Positions 1 through 10,496 of a stretch of DNA of 39,628 bases are shown here, in pieces (position 1 is the stretch's first letter; every line of letters begins with the position of its first letter). The notes under the pieces are model-generated. The model saw only the letters and a list, made by a program, of their open reading frames with translations, had not been told where the DNA came from and made no database searches. Position numbers and translations under genes: made by a program. The stretch comes from a virus. Its lineage: Duplodnaviria > Heunggongvirae > Uroviricota > Caudoviricetes. Location of the stretch: IMG/VR virus record IMGVR_UViG_2565956762_000004. One strand, written 5' to 3'.

Positions 1-405
1 ATGGATCAGGTTGTTGTTTTTCAAAAGATGTTTGAGCAAGTGAGAAAAGAGCAAAACTTCTCCTGGTTTTATTCAGAATTAAAACATCACCGTATTGCAC
101 ATTACATTTATTATCTGGCTACGGATAACATCAGAATTATTACTCACGATGACACGGTTTTGTTATTAAGAGGAACCAGGAACCTGTTAAAAGTTAGTAC
201 GACCAAGAACCCTGCTAAAATAAAAGAGGCCGCATTGCTTCATATTTGCGGAAAATCAACATTTCGGGAATACTGTTCAACACTGGCAGACGCGGGCGTT
301 TTCCGGTGGGTTACTGATGTTAATCATAACAAACGCAGTTACTACGCCATTGATAATACGCTTTTATATATTGAAGATGTAGAAAATAATAAACCATTAA
401 TCTAG
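1..405 (+). CDS. hypothetical host-side protein, 134 aa (size and position fit YcgX of E. coli K-12, from memory)
   Basis: Complete ORF starting with ATG at position 1; low GC; lies upstream of an IraM-like gene as ycgX does in K-12. Confidence 0.45.
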   Translation: MDQVVVFQKMFEQVRKEQNFSWFYSELKHHRIAHYIYYLATDNIRIITHDDTVLLLRGTRNLLKVSTTKNPAKIKEAALLHICGKSTFREYCSTLADAGVFRWVTDVNHNKRSYYAIDNTLLYIEDVENNKPLI

Positions 406-610
406 CTAAAGTTGGATGCTTAAAAAATACTTCATAATTCAGTAAGGCATTAGCATAATGGAAATAAAAGTGCAGAGACTATTCATATGGATGAGTAATA
501 CTATCTTTTTATTGCCACCCATAAATAATCACCAGATCAATACTATCAAATTGATATTTGAAATGTGATTACTTGACTTTCTATACGTTATTTTATAACG
601 GTTAACATAT

Positions 611-643
611 TTATAAAAACAACGGGCGTGCCATACGTCCGTT
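611..643 (-). terminator. hairpin terminator-like element (AACGGGCG-N7-CGTCCGTT) with T-run on the minus strand
   Basis: Near-perfect 8-bp stem; minus-strand reading gives hairpin followed by GTTTTTATA. About 45 bp resemble the hairpin at 1482-1504. Confidence 0.35.
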
Positions 644-1101
644 TCAATACTTAACGCACATGTGTTTTGGTTTAGTCATCATCCGGTTATATGTATTTTA
701 GCCAGGAACAGGTTAAATCATTCCTATATAACTCAAAAATTGAAACCTTATTCTCATGTCATGCTTATATTCATCATTATCGTTATATAAAAAGGCCAAT
801 CATAATGTTTAGCAAATTAGCGCAAAGTAGCATAAAGGCTATGTTTTAATTACAGGATGTTCAGTCATTTGAATGTATAACATTTTAACTAAACAAATCT
901 AAAACGAAGTGAATGATTTAATGTTTTCACTAAATCTCATTTTGTTTAATCTCTATTGAGATTACTTGCTTTAAATTTTGTTTTATATAAGCAATCGTTT
1001 TAATTAATTTATTTTTTTGAAGGGTAATATACTCATATGCAAAATAAAGAAATGAACATCCAAATGAACTATATTAAATACCGTGGGATAAGACATAACA
1101 A

Positions 1102-1425
1102 ATGAAGTGGGTAGTAATTGACACGGTAATTCAACCTACATGCGGCATATCTTTTTCAGCCATATGGGGTGATATGAAAATGATCATCTGGTATCAATCT
1201 ACTATATTTCTTCCTCCTGGAAGTATATTTACACCGGTTAAGCCTGGTATTATCCTTGAGGATAAAGAATATCCTATTACTATTTATAACATTGCACCAT
1301 TCAACAAGAATTTATGGAGTTTACTCAAAAGCAGTCAAGAGTGTCCTCCAGGAGAAAGCGAAATAACAAATAAATGTTTACATAATAGTTGTATTATAAA
1401 AATATGCCCATATGGACTCAAGTAA
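1102..1425 (+). CDS. iraM: anti-adaptor protein IraM-like (107 aa)
   Basis: Length and N-terminus [22 protein letters not shown] match IraM as I recall it; sits beside the icd 3' remnant as in K-12. Confidence 0.6.
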   Translation: MKWVVIDTVIQPTCGISFSAIWGDMKMIIWYQSTIFLPPGSIFTPVKPGIILEDKEYPITIYNIAPFNKNLWSLLKSSQECPPGESEITNKCLHNSCIIKICPYGLK

Positions 1426-1469
1426 TGGCCTTCATATAAATATTCTCGACATGATATTAATAATATCCA

Positions 1470-1504
1470 CATAAATAAAACAACGGGCGTGTTATACGCC
1501 CGTT
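1470..1504 (-). terminator. intrinsic terminator downstream of the icd 3' fragment (also 55 bp past the iraM stop, so probably bidirectional)
   Basis: Perfect 9-bp stem AACGGGCGT/ACGCCCGTT with 5-nt loop at 1482-1504; minus strand continues GTTTTATTTAT. Confidence 0.5.
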
Positions 1505-1530
1505 ACAATATTTAACACATGTAGTAATTA

Positions 1531-1695
1531 CATGTTCTTGATGATCGCATCACCAAACTCGCTGCATTTCAGCAGTTTAGCACCTTCCATCAGACGTTCG
1601 AAATCATAGGTTACGGTCTTCGCATTGATTGCGCCTTCCATACCTTTAACAATCAAGTCTGCGGCTTCAGTCCAGCCCATATGGCGTAACATTAG
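1531..1695 (-). pseudogene. icd: displaced 3'-terminal fragment of isocitrate dehydrogenase gene (about 54 codons, no 5' part)
   Basis: Minus-strand translation [54 protein letters not shown] matches the Icd C-terminus. Upper boundary is approximate. Confidence 0.75.
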
Positions 1696-2502
1696 ATTTA
1701 GAAAATTATTATATCCAATTGAATTAAAACAATTTTATGCTTAACGAACATCTAAACTTGTTTTTTTACCTTCACCATAACTCGCTGATTTTGTATAGTT
1801 TACGTAGCGTTTTGATAACCACTTTATGGCCAAATGGAGGTTCGCTTGAAAACTTCTGTTCTTATCCAGAAATTAATGGAAATTGACAAAACTGTACTAT
1901 TCGATGCGGACGTAGTGACCGGTGAGGAATGGTGGCCAACCCCGATTTCTCGTGTTTATCACAATCCGCCACATACTTATGTAGAATTTTAAATAGGTGA
2001 ACAATCTCAAAATGAATCTGACGAGCTAAGTGTTTATAGCGAATTATAAATTTGTGCACATCGAATGATGCAAATTAGAGATTTTGTGCAATCTAACGAG
2101 GGACTGAAACCTGAAAAAATTGTTTCGGAAATAAACATTCAAATTGAACGTATTAAAAAGTGATGGCTGAAGCAATTCTGAAACACTAATTCATATTCTA
2201 TGTTATTCATACCAATGTGGATTTAACTCCCACCAACCCACCAACCATGATTGGGCGGCGCAATAAACTAATATCAATAAAAACAGCAAGTTATCATTCT
2301 AAACAGAACACCAACGGGATGGAGGAGAGACAAAAAATATCCAATGAAACCGTAGCGCGTCAGCATTCAAAAGCGGGGTTTCTTATTTTTACTTCACCAG
2401 TAACAAATACACTGTATCATAACTACATAAAAATGATTGTTCTGACTCAGATGAATTTCTTACTCTTGTGGAATGTCACTTAATGTTATTTATAGGTAAA
2501 CA

Positions 2503-4392
2503 ATGAAATCCGAAACGCTAACCATCCAGCAAATTTTCCAAAATCAACGACAATATCGTGTTCCATTCTATCAACGTGCCTACGTATGGACGCAACGAAA
2601 CCAATGGTCAGCTTTGCTGGAGGATATCTTCGAAAAAGCACAGAGCCGACTTTCGGGAACAAAACCAACCCCTCATTTCCTCGGCGCGGTGGTGCTGGAA
2701 CCTCAACTCAAAAACAGCTTGTTAGGTGTAGATACCATACATATTATTGACGGCCAGCAACGTTTAACCACTCTTCAATATATTCTGGCATCCATTCGAT
2801 TATCATTGCGTGCTACAGGCCTTTCTGAACTGGAAGGGTTAGTATTGACTTGCTTGAAAAATACAAACGAAGCAACGATGAGAAATAAAAAGGTAGAATG
2901 CTTCAAACTGTGGCCAACTTTTCGAGATCAAACTCATTTTATTCAAAGTCTTAATGTTGATAATATTGACGATCTCCGTAATGTATTTTCTGATAGCTTC
3001 ACGCAACATGGTACGTTACGTAAACATTTCAACCACCCGCCGTCACTAGAGGCATTATGGTTTTTTACTGAAGCCTTTATAAAATGGATTAAAATAGAAA
3101 ACCACTCACCACAAGAAAATGCTGTAGCACTAATTGAGGCTGTCTTGACGGATCTGAAACTGGTAAGCATATTTCTCGAAGCTGAAGATGATGCCCAAAT
3201 AATTTTTGAAACATTAAATGGGCGAGGAGCGGAACTTCATGCAACGGATCTTATTCGCAACTATATCTTTATGTGCGCTGAGCATGAAAATATTAATGCT
3301 ATTGAATTATATGAAAATGAGTGGAAGATCTTTGAAGATAAATACTGGTCGGAAAAGCAACGCCGTGGACGTATTAATAAACCACGCATGGAGTGGCTTG
3401 TACATGCGACATTGCAATCAGAAAGGCAGCGTGAAATTGATCTGTCTCGCCTTTACAATGAGTATCGTGATTATGTAAGTAAGGACTTGCCTTCACAACG
3501 AGCAGATCTGCAAGTAAAGCGCCTCAAACAATATGCATCACAATATAAAGAATTGGTTGGTGGTTTTGGCACAACCCCCATCTCACACTTTGGACATCGC
3601 ATCGCAGCCTATGATGTGACGACACTCTATCCGCTTGCTTTGTTCATTTCGATAGCTAACATCGCCGATGATGAGAAAGCAGCCATGTATAATGATCTTG
3701 TCTCCTACGTAGTACGAAGATCCGTATGTGGCCTGACGCCAAAGAATTACAACAATGTATTTATGAATGTATTGCGACACTTGTCTAAAACGGAAATTTC
3801 CAGTGTTGAGTTACGTAATATCCTCAATAGCTTAAATGGCGAAGCCTCACGTTGGCCTGGGGACTCAGAATTTCTCAACGCTTGCATCAATGCTCCACTT
3901 TATCCTGGCAGGCTCGACGCACCGAAAATGCGCTCAATGTTAACGGAACTTGAAAGAGAACTTTGTCGCCAAGTGAAGACAGAAAAGCCTGATGTTCCAA
4001 ATCTTTCTAATCTCGATATCGATCATCTTATGCCTCAAAGTTGGTATTCCTGTTGGCCTCTCGAAAATGGTCATATGGTGACAAATTCAGATGCTACGGT
4101 AATGAACCAAATTGTTCTGTCTGGAACCGATCTTACCCCTGAACAGCTACTGGTAAGGAAACGGCAACAAGCGATAGCTACGTTGGGAAATCTAACTTTG
4201 CTTAACCTTAGCGTAAACCGTTCCGTTCAGAATGCTGTATTTCTGAAAAAACGTGATGCTCTCATCGTCCACACCAATCTACGACTGAACATACCACTTA
4301 TACTTAAGGATAAATGGGATGAGAGTGAAATACTGGAGCGAGGTAAAAAGTTGGGGGAAATTGCATTGAAAGTATGGCCAAAATACGATTAA
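2503..4392 (+). CDS. DUF262/DUF1524 (GmrSD-family) putative type IV modification-dependent restriction endonuclease, 629 aa
   Basis: N-terminal DGQQR motif (IIDGQQRLTTL) typical of DUF262; C-terminal DIDHLMP His-Me finger motif typical of DUF1524. GC below phage average. Confidence 0.7.
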   Translation: MKSETLTIQQIFQNQRQYRVPFYQRAYVWTQRNQWSALLEDIFEKAQSRLSGTKPTPHFLGAVVLEPQLKNSLLGVDTIHIIDGQQRLTTLQYILASIRLSLRATGLSELEGLVLTCLKNTNEATMRNKKVECFKLWPTFRDQTHFIQSLNVDNIDDLRNVFSDSFTQHGTLRKHFNHPPSLEALWFFTEAFIKWIKIENHSPQENAVALIEAVLTDLKLVSIFLEAEDDAQIIFETLNGRGAELHATDLIRNYIFMCAEHENINAIELYENEWKIFEDKYWSEKQRRGRINKPRMEWLVHATLQSERQREIDLSRLYNEYRDYVSKDLPSQRADLQVKRLKQYASQYKELVGGFGTTPISHFGHRIAAYDVTTLYPLALFISIANIADDEKAAMYNDLVSYVVRRSVCGLTPKNYNNVFMNVLRHLSKTEISSVELRNILNSLNGEASRWPGDSEFLNACINAPLYPGRLDAPKMRSMLTELERELCRQVKTEKPDVPNLSNLDIDHLMPQSWYSCWPLENGHMVTNSDATVMNQIVLSGTDLTPEQLLVRKRQQAIATLGNLTLLNLSVNRSVQNAVFLKKRDALIVHTNLRLNIPLILKDKWDESEILERGKKLGEIALKVWPKYD

Positions 4393-4414
4393 TGCAATTA
4401 ATAAAATGATTATA

Positions 4415-4438
4415 GCGGCCTTACATTAGTAAGGCCGC
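4415..4438 (+). terminator. perfect 10-bp hairpin GCGGCCTTAC-ATTA-GTAAGGCCGC, 23 bp after the restriction gene stop
   Basis: Perfect inverted repeat seen in sequence; no clean T-run, so termination role is uncertain. Confidence 0.4.
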
Positions 4439-4617
4439 AACTCACTATTAAATCCTTTAATTTGCATCAAGAACAGCACTGTCAGCCCTAGGCTCTCGGA
4501 CTTTGTACCGCTTATCTTGTCTTCAAAAATCAGCTCGCATCCTGCACAGTTCAACGCATTACGTTGTAGATCTGTGTTCTGGTCATTTATTGATACGCGT
4601 ACATAGCTAATAAGCAT
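4426..4617 (-). pseudogene. pin: truncated Pin/Gin/Hin-family serine DNA invertase (first ~40 codons only)
   Basis: MLISYVRVSINDQNTDLQRNALNCAGCELIFEDKISG matches the invertase N-terminus with the catalytic Ser; similarity is lost after ~40 residues and the ORF stops at 63 codons. Confidence 0.7.
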
Positions 4618-4672
4618 GTTAAATCCCCCCAAGTAAAAGCAGGAATGATGCCATTTGCTCGTTATTTCTGCA

Positions 4673-4698
4673 TTTTCATAAACGTTGGTTTGGGAGAA
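4673..4698. repeat. invertase crossover site, left (TTTTCATAAACGTTGGTTTGGGAGAA)
   Basis: Reverse complement TTCTCCCAAACCAACGTTTATGAAAA nearly equals the site at 6518-6543; palindromic AAACC/GGTTT centre as in gix/cix-type sites. Confidence 0.65.
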
Positions 4699-5145
4699 GG
4701 TTCTGCATTACCTGTTGGGGTGCCTGTTCCGTGGCCTTCAGCCACTCCGCCAACAGGCTGGCTGAAATGCAACGGTGCGCCTTTTTCTGCCGAAGAGTAT
4801 CCGGAACTGGCAAAAGTTTACCTGACAAATAAATTGCCTGATTTACGCGGTGAGTTTATTCGTGGCTGGGATGACAGAAGAGGAATAGATACTAGCCGTA
4901 GCTTGCTTTCATCACAGGGCGATGCCATTCGAAATATAATTGGTGCATTAGTGGATGTCAGGTTCAATACCTATCCTTCTGATTCTGGCGTTTTTACAAC
5001 CAGCGTCATCGGAGATGCTTCATCGGATTCAATTAAAGGTGGTTATGCAAAGCGAGTAACATTCGATGCTTCCAGAGTTGTTCCAACTGCAAACGAAAAC
5101 CGACCTCGTAACATTGCCTTTAATTATATCGTGAGGGCTGCCTGA
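4699..5145 (+). other. silent alternative tail-fibre C-terminal cassette inside the invertible segment
   Basis: Encodes GLGEGS at the crossover site, the same peptide the fibre gene encodes at 6518-6543 on the other strand; no plausible own start. Confidence 0.6.
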
Positions 5146-5753
5146 TGAATAAAGTTGTCTTAAATAACGAACTCATTGCCATAAAAGCTGGAGACATAAC
5201 CGTTTATAATTATAATGGTGAAACGCGGGAATATATTTCCACATCAACAGAATATCTTGCCATTGGTGTAGGCATTCCGGCATGTTCCTGTTTAGATGCT
5301 CCAGACTCATACAAAACTGGTTATGCAATTTGCCGTTCTGAAGATTTTAACTCATGGGTATATGTGCCAGACCATCGTGGTGAAATTGTCTATAGCACTG
5401 AAACAGGAGAATCAAAAGAAATCACAGCTCCGGGTGATTACCCTGATAATACAACCACTATCGCCCCGTTAACGCCATACGATAAATGGGATGGTGAGAA
5501 ATGGGTGACGGATACCGTGGCACAGCATAGCGCCGCAGTAGATGCAGCAGAAGCACAGCGCCAGTCGCTGATTGATACTGCAATGGCCTCCATCAGTCTG
5601 ATTCAACTGAAATTACAGGCCGGACGTAATCTGACGCAGTCAGAAACCAGCCGACTTAACACGGTGCTGGATTACATTGACGCGGTAACGGCAACAGATA
5701 CCAGCACCGCGCCGGATGTCATCTGGCCTGAACTGCCGGAGACTGCGCAATAA
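5145..5753 (+). CDS. tfa: tail fibre assembly protein (alternative-orientation set)
   Basis: 202 aa ending [13 protein letters not shown], the conserved Tfa C-terminal motif; start overlaps the upstream cassette stop (ATGA). Confidence 0.65.
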   Translation: MNKVVLNNELIAIKAGDITVYNYNGETREYISTSTEYLAIGVGIPACSCLDAPDSYKTGYAICRSEDFNSWVYVPDHRGEIVYSTETGESKEITAPGDYPDNTTTIAPLTPYDKWDGEKWVTDTVAQHSAAVDAAEAQRQSLIDTAMASISLIQLKLQAGRNLTQSETSRLNTVLDYIDAVTATDTSTAPDVIWPELPETAQ

Positions 5754-5922
5754 ACTCACCATCAATATATAAATCCCCCTGCTGTGTGTCAGCAGGGCAT
5801 TCTTTCCATATTAATGATGGATGGAATCTTCCTTCAGGATTAATTTCCGTTATCTCTTCTACTTTATTTTCTTCAATTCTTGCCCACATATGAACCTCAC
5901 CAGTAAATATAAACTGCGCCAT
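5719..5922 (-). CDS. short tail fibre assembly-like protein (currently expressed set)
   Basis: Start chosen at MAQFIF (ATG 5922-5920); converges on and overlaps the 3' end of the plus-strand tfa by 35 bp. Confidence 0.35.
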   Translation of the reverse strand: MAQFIFTGEVHMWARIEENKVEEITEINPEGRFHPSLIWKECPADTQQGDLYIDGEFIAQSPAVQAR

Positions 5923-6820
5923 CTGCTCCGGCACCCGACTGACCCGTTGATGAATTAGGACATAATCCAGCACCGCCACCTCCAGGCCCAACTGCTGATA
6001 CCGCTTTTCCGTTAGCTGTATCTCTGAATGAACCTGCTCCTCCGGGGCCACCACCAGAACCACCATTACCAGCTCCCGATGCGGCAGACGCAATGGAACC
6101 TGGAGAACCTGGCCCAAGCGATGTATTAATTGTTCCCCCAACACCAACTGCGCCTAACCCTCCGGAAGGCTGGCCTCCGCTATAGCCTCCGGAAGCTGAC
6201 ATGTAAGTCCCGAAACTGCTCGAGCCACCATTTTTACCGTTTACAGAAATACCAGACACAGGCGCACCACCGGCACCAACCGTAATCGAAACACTGTTAA
6301 TACCAGTTAAATCTACCAGTCCCTCAGCAACTCCGCCCCCACCACCTCCTCCGCCACATGTAACGGCTGAAGCGGTTATTGAACCTATCCCTCCTGACGC
6401 ACCGCCACCAATAACTTTGACGTAACATTTTCTTCCTTTGCGCAACTCTTCAGGAACAGTCCAGCTTGTTACTCCAGCCGTTGTGAAGGCAACTAGATTT
6501 CTGAACCCAAATGAGCCTTCTCCCAAACCAAGGTTTTCGAGAGCCGTTTTCACCGTGCCATCCGATTTGATATCGCCAAACGGATTCTTGCGGCTTAACA
6601 GCAGCGCACGAAGCGCGGTAAGCAACTGGTCGTGCCGCCCCTTCTCCAGGCTGGCACCGGATGCCTCCACCACGCTGCAAAGCTCCTCCTGCAACATGTC
6701 AAAGTAGTCATCATCCAGATCGGTGGCAGGTGTGCCGGTCTGGGGGTTACCACGGGTAAAACCGTTCTTACCCGCGCCGAACTTATCCTTCTGCGCGGTT
6801 TTCGTGTCTATACGATGCAT
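5897..6820 (-). CDS. tail fibre protein (constant N-terminus fused to the currently selected variable C-terminus)
   Basis: 307 aa, glycine-rich repeats; N-terminus [46 protein letters not shown] typical of side tail fibres; crossover site inside the gene. Confidence 0.75.
   Translation of the reverse strand: MHRIDTKTAQKDKFGAGKNGFTRGNPQTGTPATDLDDDYFDMLQEELCSVVEASGASLEKGRHDQLLTALRALLLSRKNPFGDIKSDGTVKTALENLGLGEGSFGFRNLVAFTTAGVTSWTVPEELRKGRKCYVKVIGGGASGGIGSITASAVTCGGGGGGGGVAEGLVDLTGINSVSITVGAGGAPVSGISVNGKNGGSSSFGTYMSASGGYSGGQPSGGLGAVGVGGTINTSLGPGSPGSIASAASGAGNGGSGGGPGGAGSFRDTANGKAVSAVGPGGGGAGLCPNSSTGQSGAGADGAVYIYW
6518..6543. repeat. invertase crossover site, right (TTCTCCCAAACCAAGGTTTTCGAGAG)
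   Basis: Inverted copy of the 4673-4698 site; conserved half TTCTCCCAAACC identical. Confidence 0.65.
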
Positions 6821-6823
6821 GGA

Positions 6824-7408
6824 TTACTCCGGATATTTAAAAATTACGTAGGTATGCGACGGGCAGAGTTTGTTAAGCACACACTCCACAACGGTGTCGC
6901 CCCAGATACGCAGTGCGGAAGCACAGGGATCGCCACATGTCATCCAAGTGGTGTTGGTGGCAGCTGGCATGTTGACCTGCCAGTAATACCGCCATTCCGG
7001 CGCATTCACCGCGTCAGTACAGGCCGATGAGCAGGTGAACGTGCTTTTGTCGTATCGCGTGATGTTGGCATCTGGTCTGCCCAGGGCAGCAAGCTGTGCA
7101 AGATAAAAATCCTCGTTGATGCCGCCCACCAGGTTAACCTTCGCATCCAGCCGTTGCTGACGCTGGCGAAGGGTCTGCGTTCCCGCCGGAATACATTCAT
7201 CCGGCAGACCGCACAGACGCTCCCAGCGGTTTATCAGTTCAGTGGTGGTGCGCGGATCCAGCTCCCGCATCAGGGCATCCGCACGCTGATGAACACGGGT
7301 TAATGAAGGTGCCGCACCGGCAATCGCCGGATCGCTGGCTGACCACGCCGGACCGGGCGGCAACAGTGCCGATAACAGGCGGATGTAATCATCGTTTGTC
7401 ACGTCCAT
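6824..7408 (-). CDS. DUF2313 / Mu gp48-like tail protein (YmfQ-like, 194 aa)
   Basis: Size and position after a baseplate J-like gene; N-terminus [20 protein letters not shown] as I recall for YmfQ. Confidence 0.6.
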   Translation of the reverse strand: MDVTNDDYIRLLSALLPPGPAWSASDPAIAGAAPSLTRVHQRADALMRELDPRTTTELINRWERLCGLPDECIPAGTQTLRQRQQRLDAKVNLVGGINEDFYLAQLAALGRPDANITRYDKSTFTCSSACTDAVNAPEWRYYWQVNMPAATNTTWMTCGDPCASALRIWGDTVVECVLNKLCPSHTYVIFKYPE

Positions 7409-8457
7409 GAAATCGTCCCCAGTACCGCCAGTTCGTTTTTCGCAATGGAGATATTGTCCACCGGTGCAAGCAACTGATGGCTGTATTCCCCGTTCGCACC
7501 GGAAATCGCCTCACTGATACGCGATACCTTCAGTTCTCCCTGCGGATAACCATCACGCAGCAGGAACGAACGCAACTCCGCGGTAATGGCAGCCCGTATT
7601 TCTGGTGTGTCCGGCGTCACGCGGATATGAAAATCCACCGTATGTGCCACCGGCCTGAATACATACAAATCAGAGCCTGCCACCGGGGCCAGTGGCCCGA
7701 TATGTTGTCTTGCCGCCGTTTCCGTTGATTCTTCCGGAATGGGGTTAATCAGGTCACTGCTGGCTATCATCACACCGACAGTCCCCGTTCCCATCCAGTG
7801 TCGGTATGTCCATGCGCGGGTAATGCCGGGCACTTCTTTAGCCCAGACGACATAGTCCCCGTCAGCCCCGCCCTGAGGCGTCCAGTAATACCGCTCAATG
7901 ACGCGGGCGCGCCACGTTTCCAGCTCTTCAATATCAAATCCACCTGTCAGGGTATCTGCCTCGCCGGAAGACGGCAGACCATTAACCGGCGTGACCAGGA
8001 TTAATGACGTACCGTCGTCAGCGTTACCGACCGCGCCTGCACTTGAGCAGGCGATCGGCACGCGCAGGACACCACCGGTGCTGGTTGCATCGGCAGTTGC
8101 CGTGTACTGAACCAGGTCATCGCGCTGAATAACACTTCCGGCGGTCACCTTCAGGCCATCGCTGACACCTTCCCAGCGCATATACCCGCTGGCAGCCGTG
8201 GCCCCCTTGCGCGGACACCGTTTCATCGCAGCATGTCGCGCCAGCCAGGACTCATCGCACAGGTCAGGCAGCATGTTCATTGCCAGATAATCGATGTACC
8301 CGTAAACCGTATGCAGCGCCGCCGCATACACCTTTGCCCGCACGTCTTCATCCATGCGCCGGAGCGTGTCGCTGACGTCCAGCCTGGCGAATAAATCGTT
8401 ACGGAGCATACTGATATTTTCTGCCAGCGTCGGGCGCTGAAATTCACTGTCCGCCAT
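7399..8457 (-). CDS. baseplate J-like protein (Mu gp47-like)
   Basis: 352 aa in conserved baseplate order between gp46-like and gp48-like genes. Confidence 0.65.
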   Translation of the reverse strand: MADSEFQRPTLAENISMLRNDLFARLDVSDTLRRMDEDVRAKVYAAALHTVYGYIDYLAMNMLPDLCDESWLARHAAMKRCPRKGATAASGYMRWEGVSDGLKVTAGSVIQRDDLVQYTATADATSTGGVLRVPIACSSAGAVGNADDGTSLILVTPVNGLPSSGEADTLTGGFDIEELETWRARVIERYYWTPQGGADGDYVVWAKEVPGITRAWTYRHWMGTGTVGVMIASSDLINPIPEESTETAARQHIGPLAPVAGSDLYVFRPVAHTVDFHIRVTPDTPEIRAAITAELRSFLLRDGYPQGELKVSRISEAISGANGEYSHQLLAPVDNISIAKNELAVLGTISWT

Positions 8458-8872
8458 GCGTTATCGCACTCCACAGATCATCAAAAGAAATCATTACCGG
8501 TCCGTCACGACGCCAGAGAGTGATACTGTTACCCAGTTCATTAATCCCGGTGCGGCGGATATCCAGATCAATACGGGACACCACGCCGTCATCAATCATC
8601 CATTGCAGGCATTCGCGGATATACCCCCTTACCGTCTGCACCAGCTGATTGGTCAGTTTGCTGCGCTGAAGCAGCCACAGTCGGGAGCCGTAACGGTCAT
8701 TCTGTACCGCAGGCCAGGTATCCCCCCACCATCCCATCGGGACGTCGGCATTGTCATCAGGCTCCGCCCGCCGCCAGGTAAACAGGGAAATCACCACGGC
8801 GCGGGTCAGCGGATCCAGCGGTGCGCTGGCGCAGGTGCGTTTACCGTTCACCGTCAGCCACAGTTCCATCAT
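8444..8872 (-). CDS. baseplate protein, Mu gp46-like
   Basis: 142 aa, overlaps neighbours, conserved position. Confidence 0.5.
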   Translation of the reverse strand: MMELWLTVNGKRTCASAPLDPLTRAVVISLFTWRRAEPDDNADVPMGWWGDTWPAVQNDRYGSRLWLLQRSKLTNQLVQTVRGYIRECLQWMIDDGVVSRIDLDIRRTGINELGNSITLWRRDGPVMISFDDLWSAITHGGQ

Positions 8873-9417
8873 GCCTCCATCGCTTTATCAGGTTTGTCGG
8901 TGTTACTGCCCTGACCGTTCTCTCTGTGACGATGCCCGTTATAGGCAAGCCGCATCGCTGACATGGTGGTGCCGCCGGAGTCGCACAGGTCTTTCACCTG
9001 TCCGGTCACTTCAAGGTCCATTTCAAAACGTGCTTTAGGTGAATTGCGAAACGTGATCGTTTTACCTGCACCGTCCACCACGATCCCCTCCCGGGTCAGC
9101 GTCACGGACTGCCCCTGATCGTCATAGACAGCCACCTCACCCGTCTGCAGCCCTTTCAGGCGGTAGCGCCGGTCCGACACCGTAACAACCACCGCATGAG
9201 AACGGTCGCCATCCGGAAACAACACCACCGCTTCCGCACCGCTGTTTGCCCTTGCGGTAAAACCGTAGGGTTCAAGATGTTCAACCCCGGCTTTGGGTTC
9301 ACCGGCAATCAGGGACACATCCACGGTCTGACATTTCGTGGCGGCACTGATGCTTTTCACCACCGCCCGCCCAATCAGGCCGAGGAGTTGTCGCTGTATG
9401 GTTTCAATCGCCTTCAT
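8869..9417 (-). CDS. baseplate assembly protein V-like (spike, Mu gp45-like)
   Basis: 182 aa with N-terminus MKAIETIQRQLLGLIGRAVV typical of this family. Confidence 0.6.
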   Translation of the reverse strand: MKAIETIQRQLLGLIGRAVVKSISAATKCQTVDVSLIAGEPKAGVEHLEPYGFTARANSGAEAVVLFPDGDRSHAVVVTVSDRRYRLKGLQTGEVAVYDDQGQSVTLTREGIVVDGAGKTITFRNSPKARFEMDLEVTGQVKDLCDSGGTTMSAMRLAYNGHRHRENGQGSNTDKPDKAMEA

Positions 9418-10496
9418 CAGAACGGGTCCTCCTGTACTCTGGCTTTTTTCTTTTTCCGCGCGCCGGGGGCTTCGGGTTCAGGCAGATAAGCATCAGGTGG
9501 GCCGACACGGATTTCCGTCAGGGTGCCATTCTGGTCCTGAGTAAACGTGACTTCCGAGACAAGCAGTTCGGTATTGTCGAAACCACAGACCGGATCGAAG
9601 ACAATCACCCGCTGGTTGGGCTGCCACAGCGTACCGTTACCCTGTCGCCAGCCCTGCACCACATAGGTGGTTTCATCCGTCCGCGCCGCCCGTTGCCGGG
9701 CTTCAAAGTCAGCACGGGCAATACAGCCTGCCCCCGTGGCCTGCCCTGTCTGCCTGATATACATCGGACGGTAACGGGCAATAAATGCGTCCTCTGTGCG
9801 GGCCCGCAGCGCGGTGGTGGTGGCCTCACCGAAATCATCGTCGTTTCCGGCACGCTGCCCCGCCACCTGGTAAACTGAAAACCGCTCCCGGATACTCTTC
9901 TCCGTATCACAGGAAAGGATGTTTTCCCCAAGTACCAGCGCGGTATGTGCCCGCGTTGAGCCAATACCGCCAATCACCAGCCTGCCGTGCGGGTCGTCAT
10001 AAGCCAGCGCCTGCTGCTGACCGAGTATTTTGTTGATTACCTCAATCACCGTTTCACCGTGATCAGGCTGGACATCAGGAATAACACCCGACGGCGCACC
10101 GCTGTTCACCACCTCAATGCCGAAAGGCGCAGCAAGCGCCTGCGCAATCTGTACCAGCGATCGTCCGTTAAACTGTGTCGGTTCGGCTGCACAGTCAATC
10201 AGGTCAGCGGTCAGACTGCGTCCGGCAATACCGGTGCTGACCGAACGGGCATCGTAACGAACGGGCGTCGCCTCCACCCAGCCGGTGATCACCAGCTCAT
10301 CACCAATCAGCACCTCCACTTTTGAACCGTTTTTAATGCGCGGCTGAAGCGTGGTGATACCCTCATCTCCCGGCCACTGGCGGGTGATCTCCACACTGAA
10401 ATCCCGCGCCAGTCGTTCAACACCGGCACCGATGCGCACCGATGTCCAGCCATTCCACTCCCGGCCATTTACCCGTAGCGTGACGTTATCGTTCAT
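9417..10496 (-). CDS. tail protein, phage late control D / Mu gp44-like
   Basis: 359 aa, N-terminus MNDNVTLRVNGREW, position between DNA circulation protein and spike. Confidence 0.6.
   Translation of the reverse strand: MNDNVTLRVNGREWNGWTSVRIGAGVERLARDFSVEITRQWPGDEGITTLQPRIKNGSKVEVLIGDELVITGWVEATPVRYDARSVSTGIAGRSLTADLIDCAAEPTQFNGRSLVQIAQALAAPFGIEVVNSGAPSGVIPDVQPDHGETVIEVINKILGQQQALAYDDPHGRLVIGGIGSTRAHTALVLGENILSCDTEKSIRERFSVYQVAGQRAGNDDDFGEATTTALRARTEDAFIARYRPMYIRQTGQATGAGCIARADFEARQRAARTDETTYVVQGWRQGNGTLWQPNQRVIVFDPVCGFDNTELLVSEVTFTQDQNGTLTEIRVGPPDAYLPEPEAPGARKKKKARVQEDPF

Noticed and set aside
940-1000. Possible PhoP box (TGTTTA direct repeat) upstream of the IraM-like gene
   Set aside because: Only one good half-site (TGTTTA at about 946); the second half is a poor match, so not reported as a feature.
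5719-6147. 142-aa minus-strand ORF as a full-length tail fibre assembly gene
   Set aside because: Its first 75 codons overlap the fibre gene in another frame; only the part from MAQFIF (5922) is kept, at low confidence.
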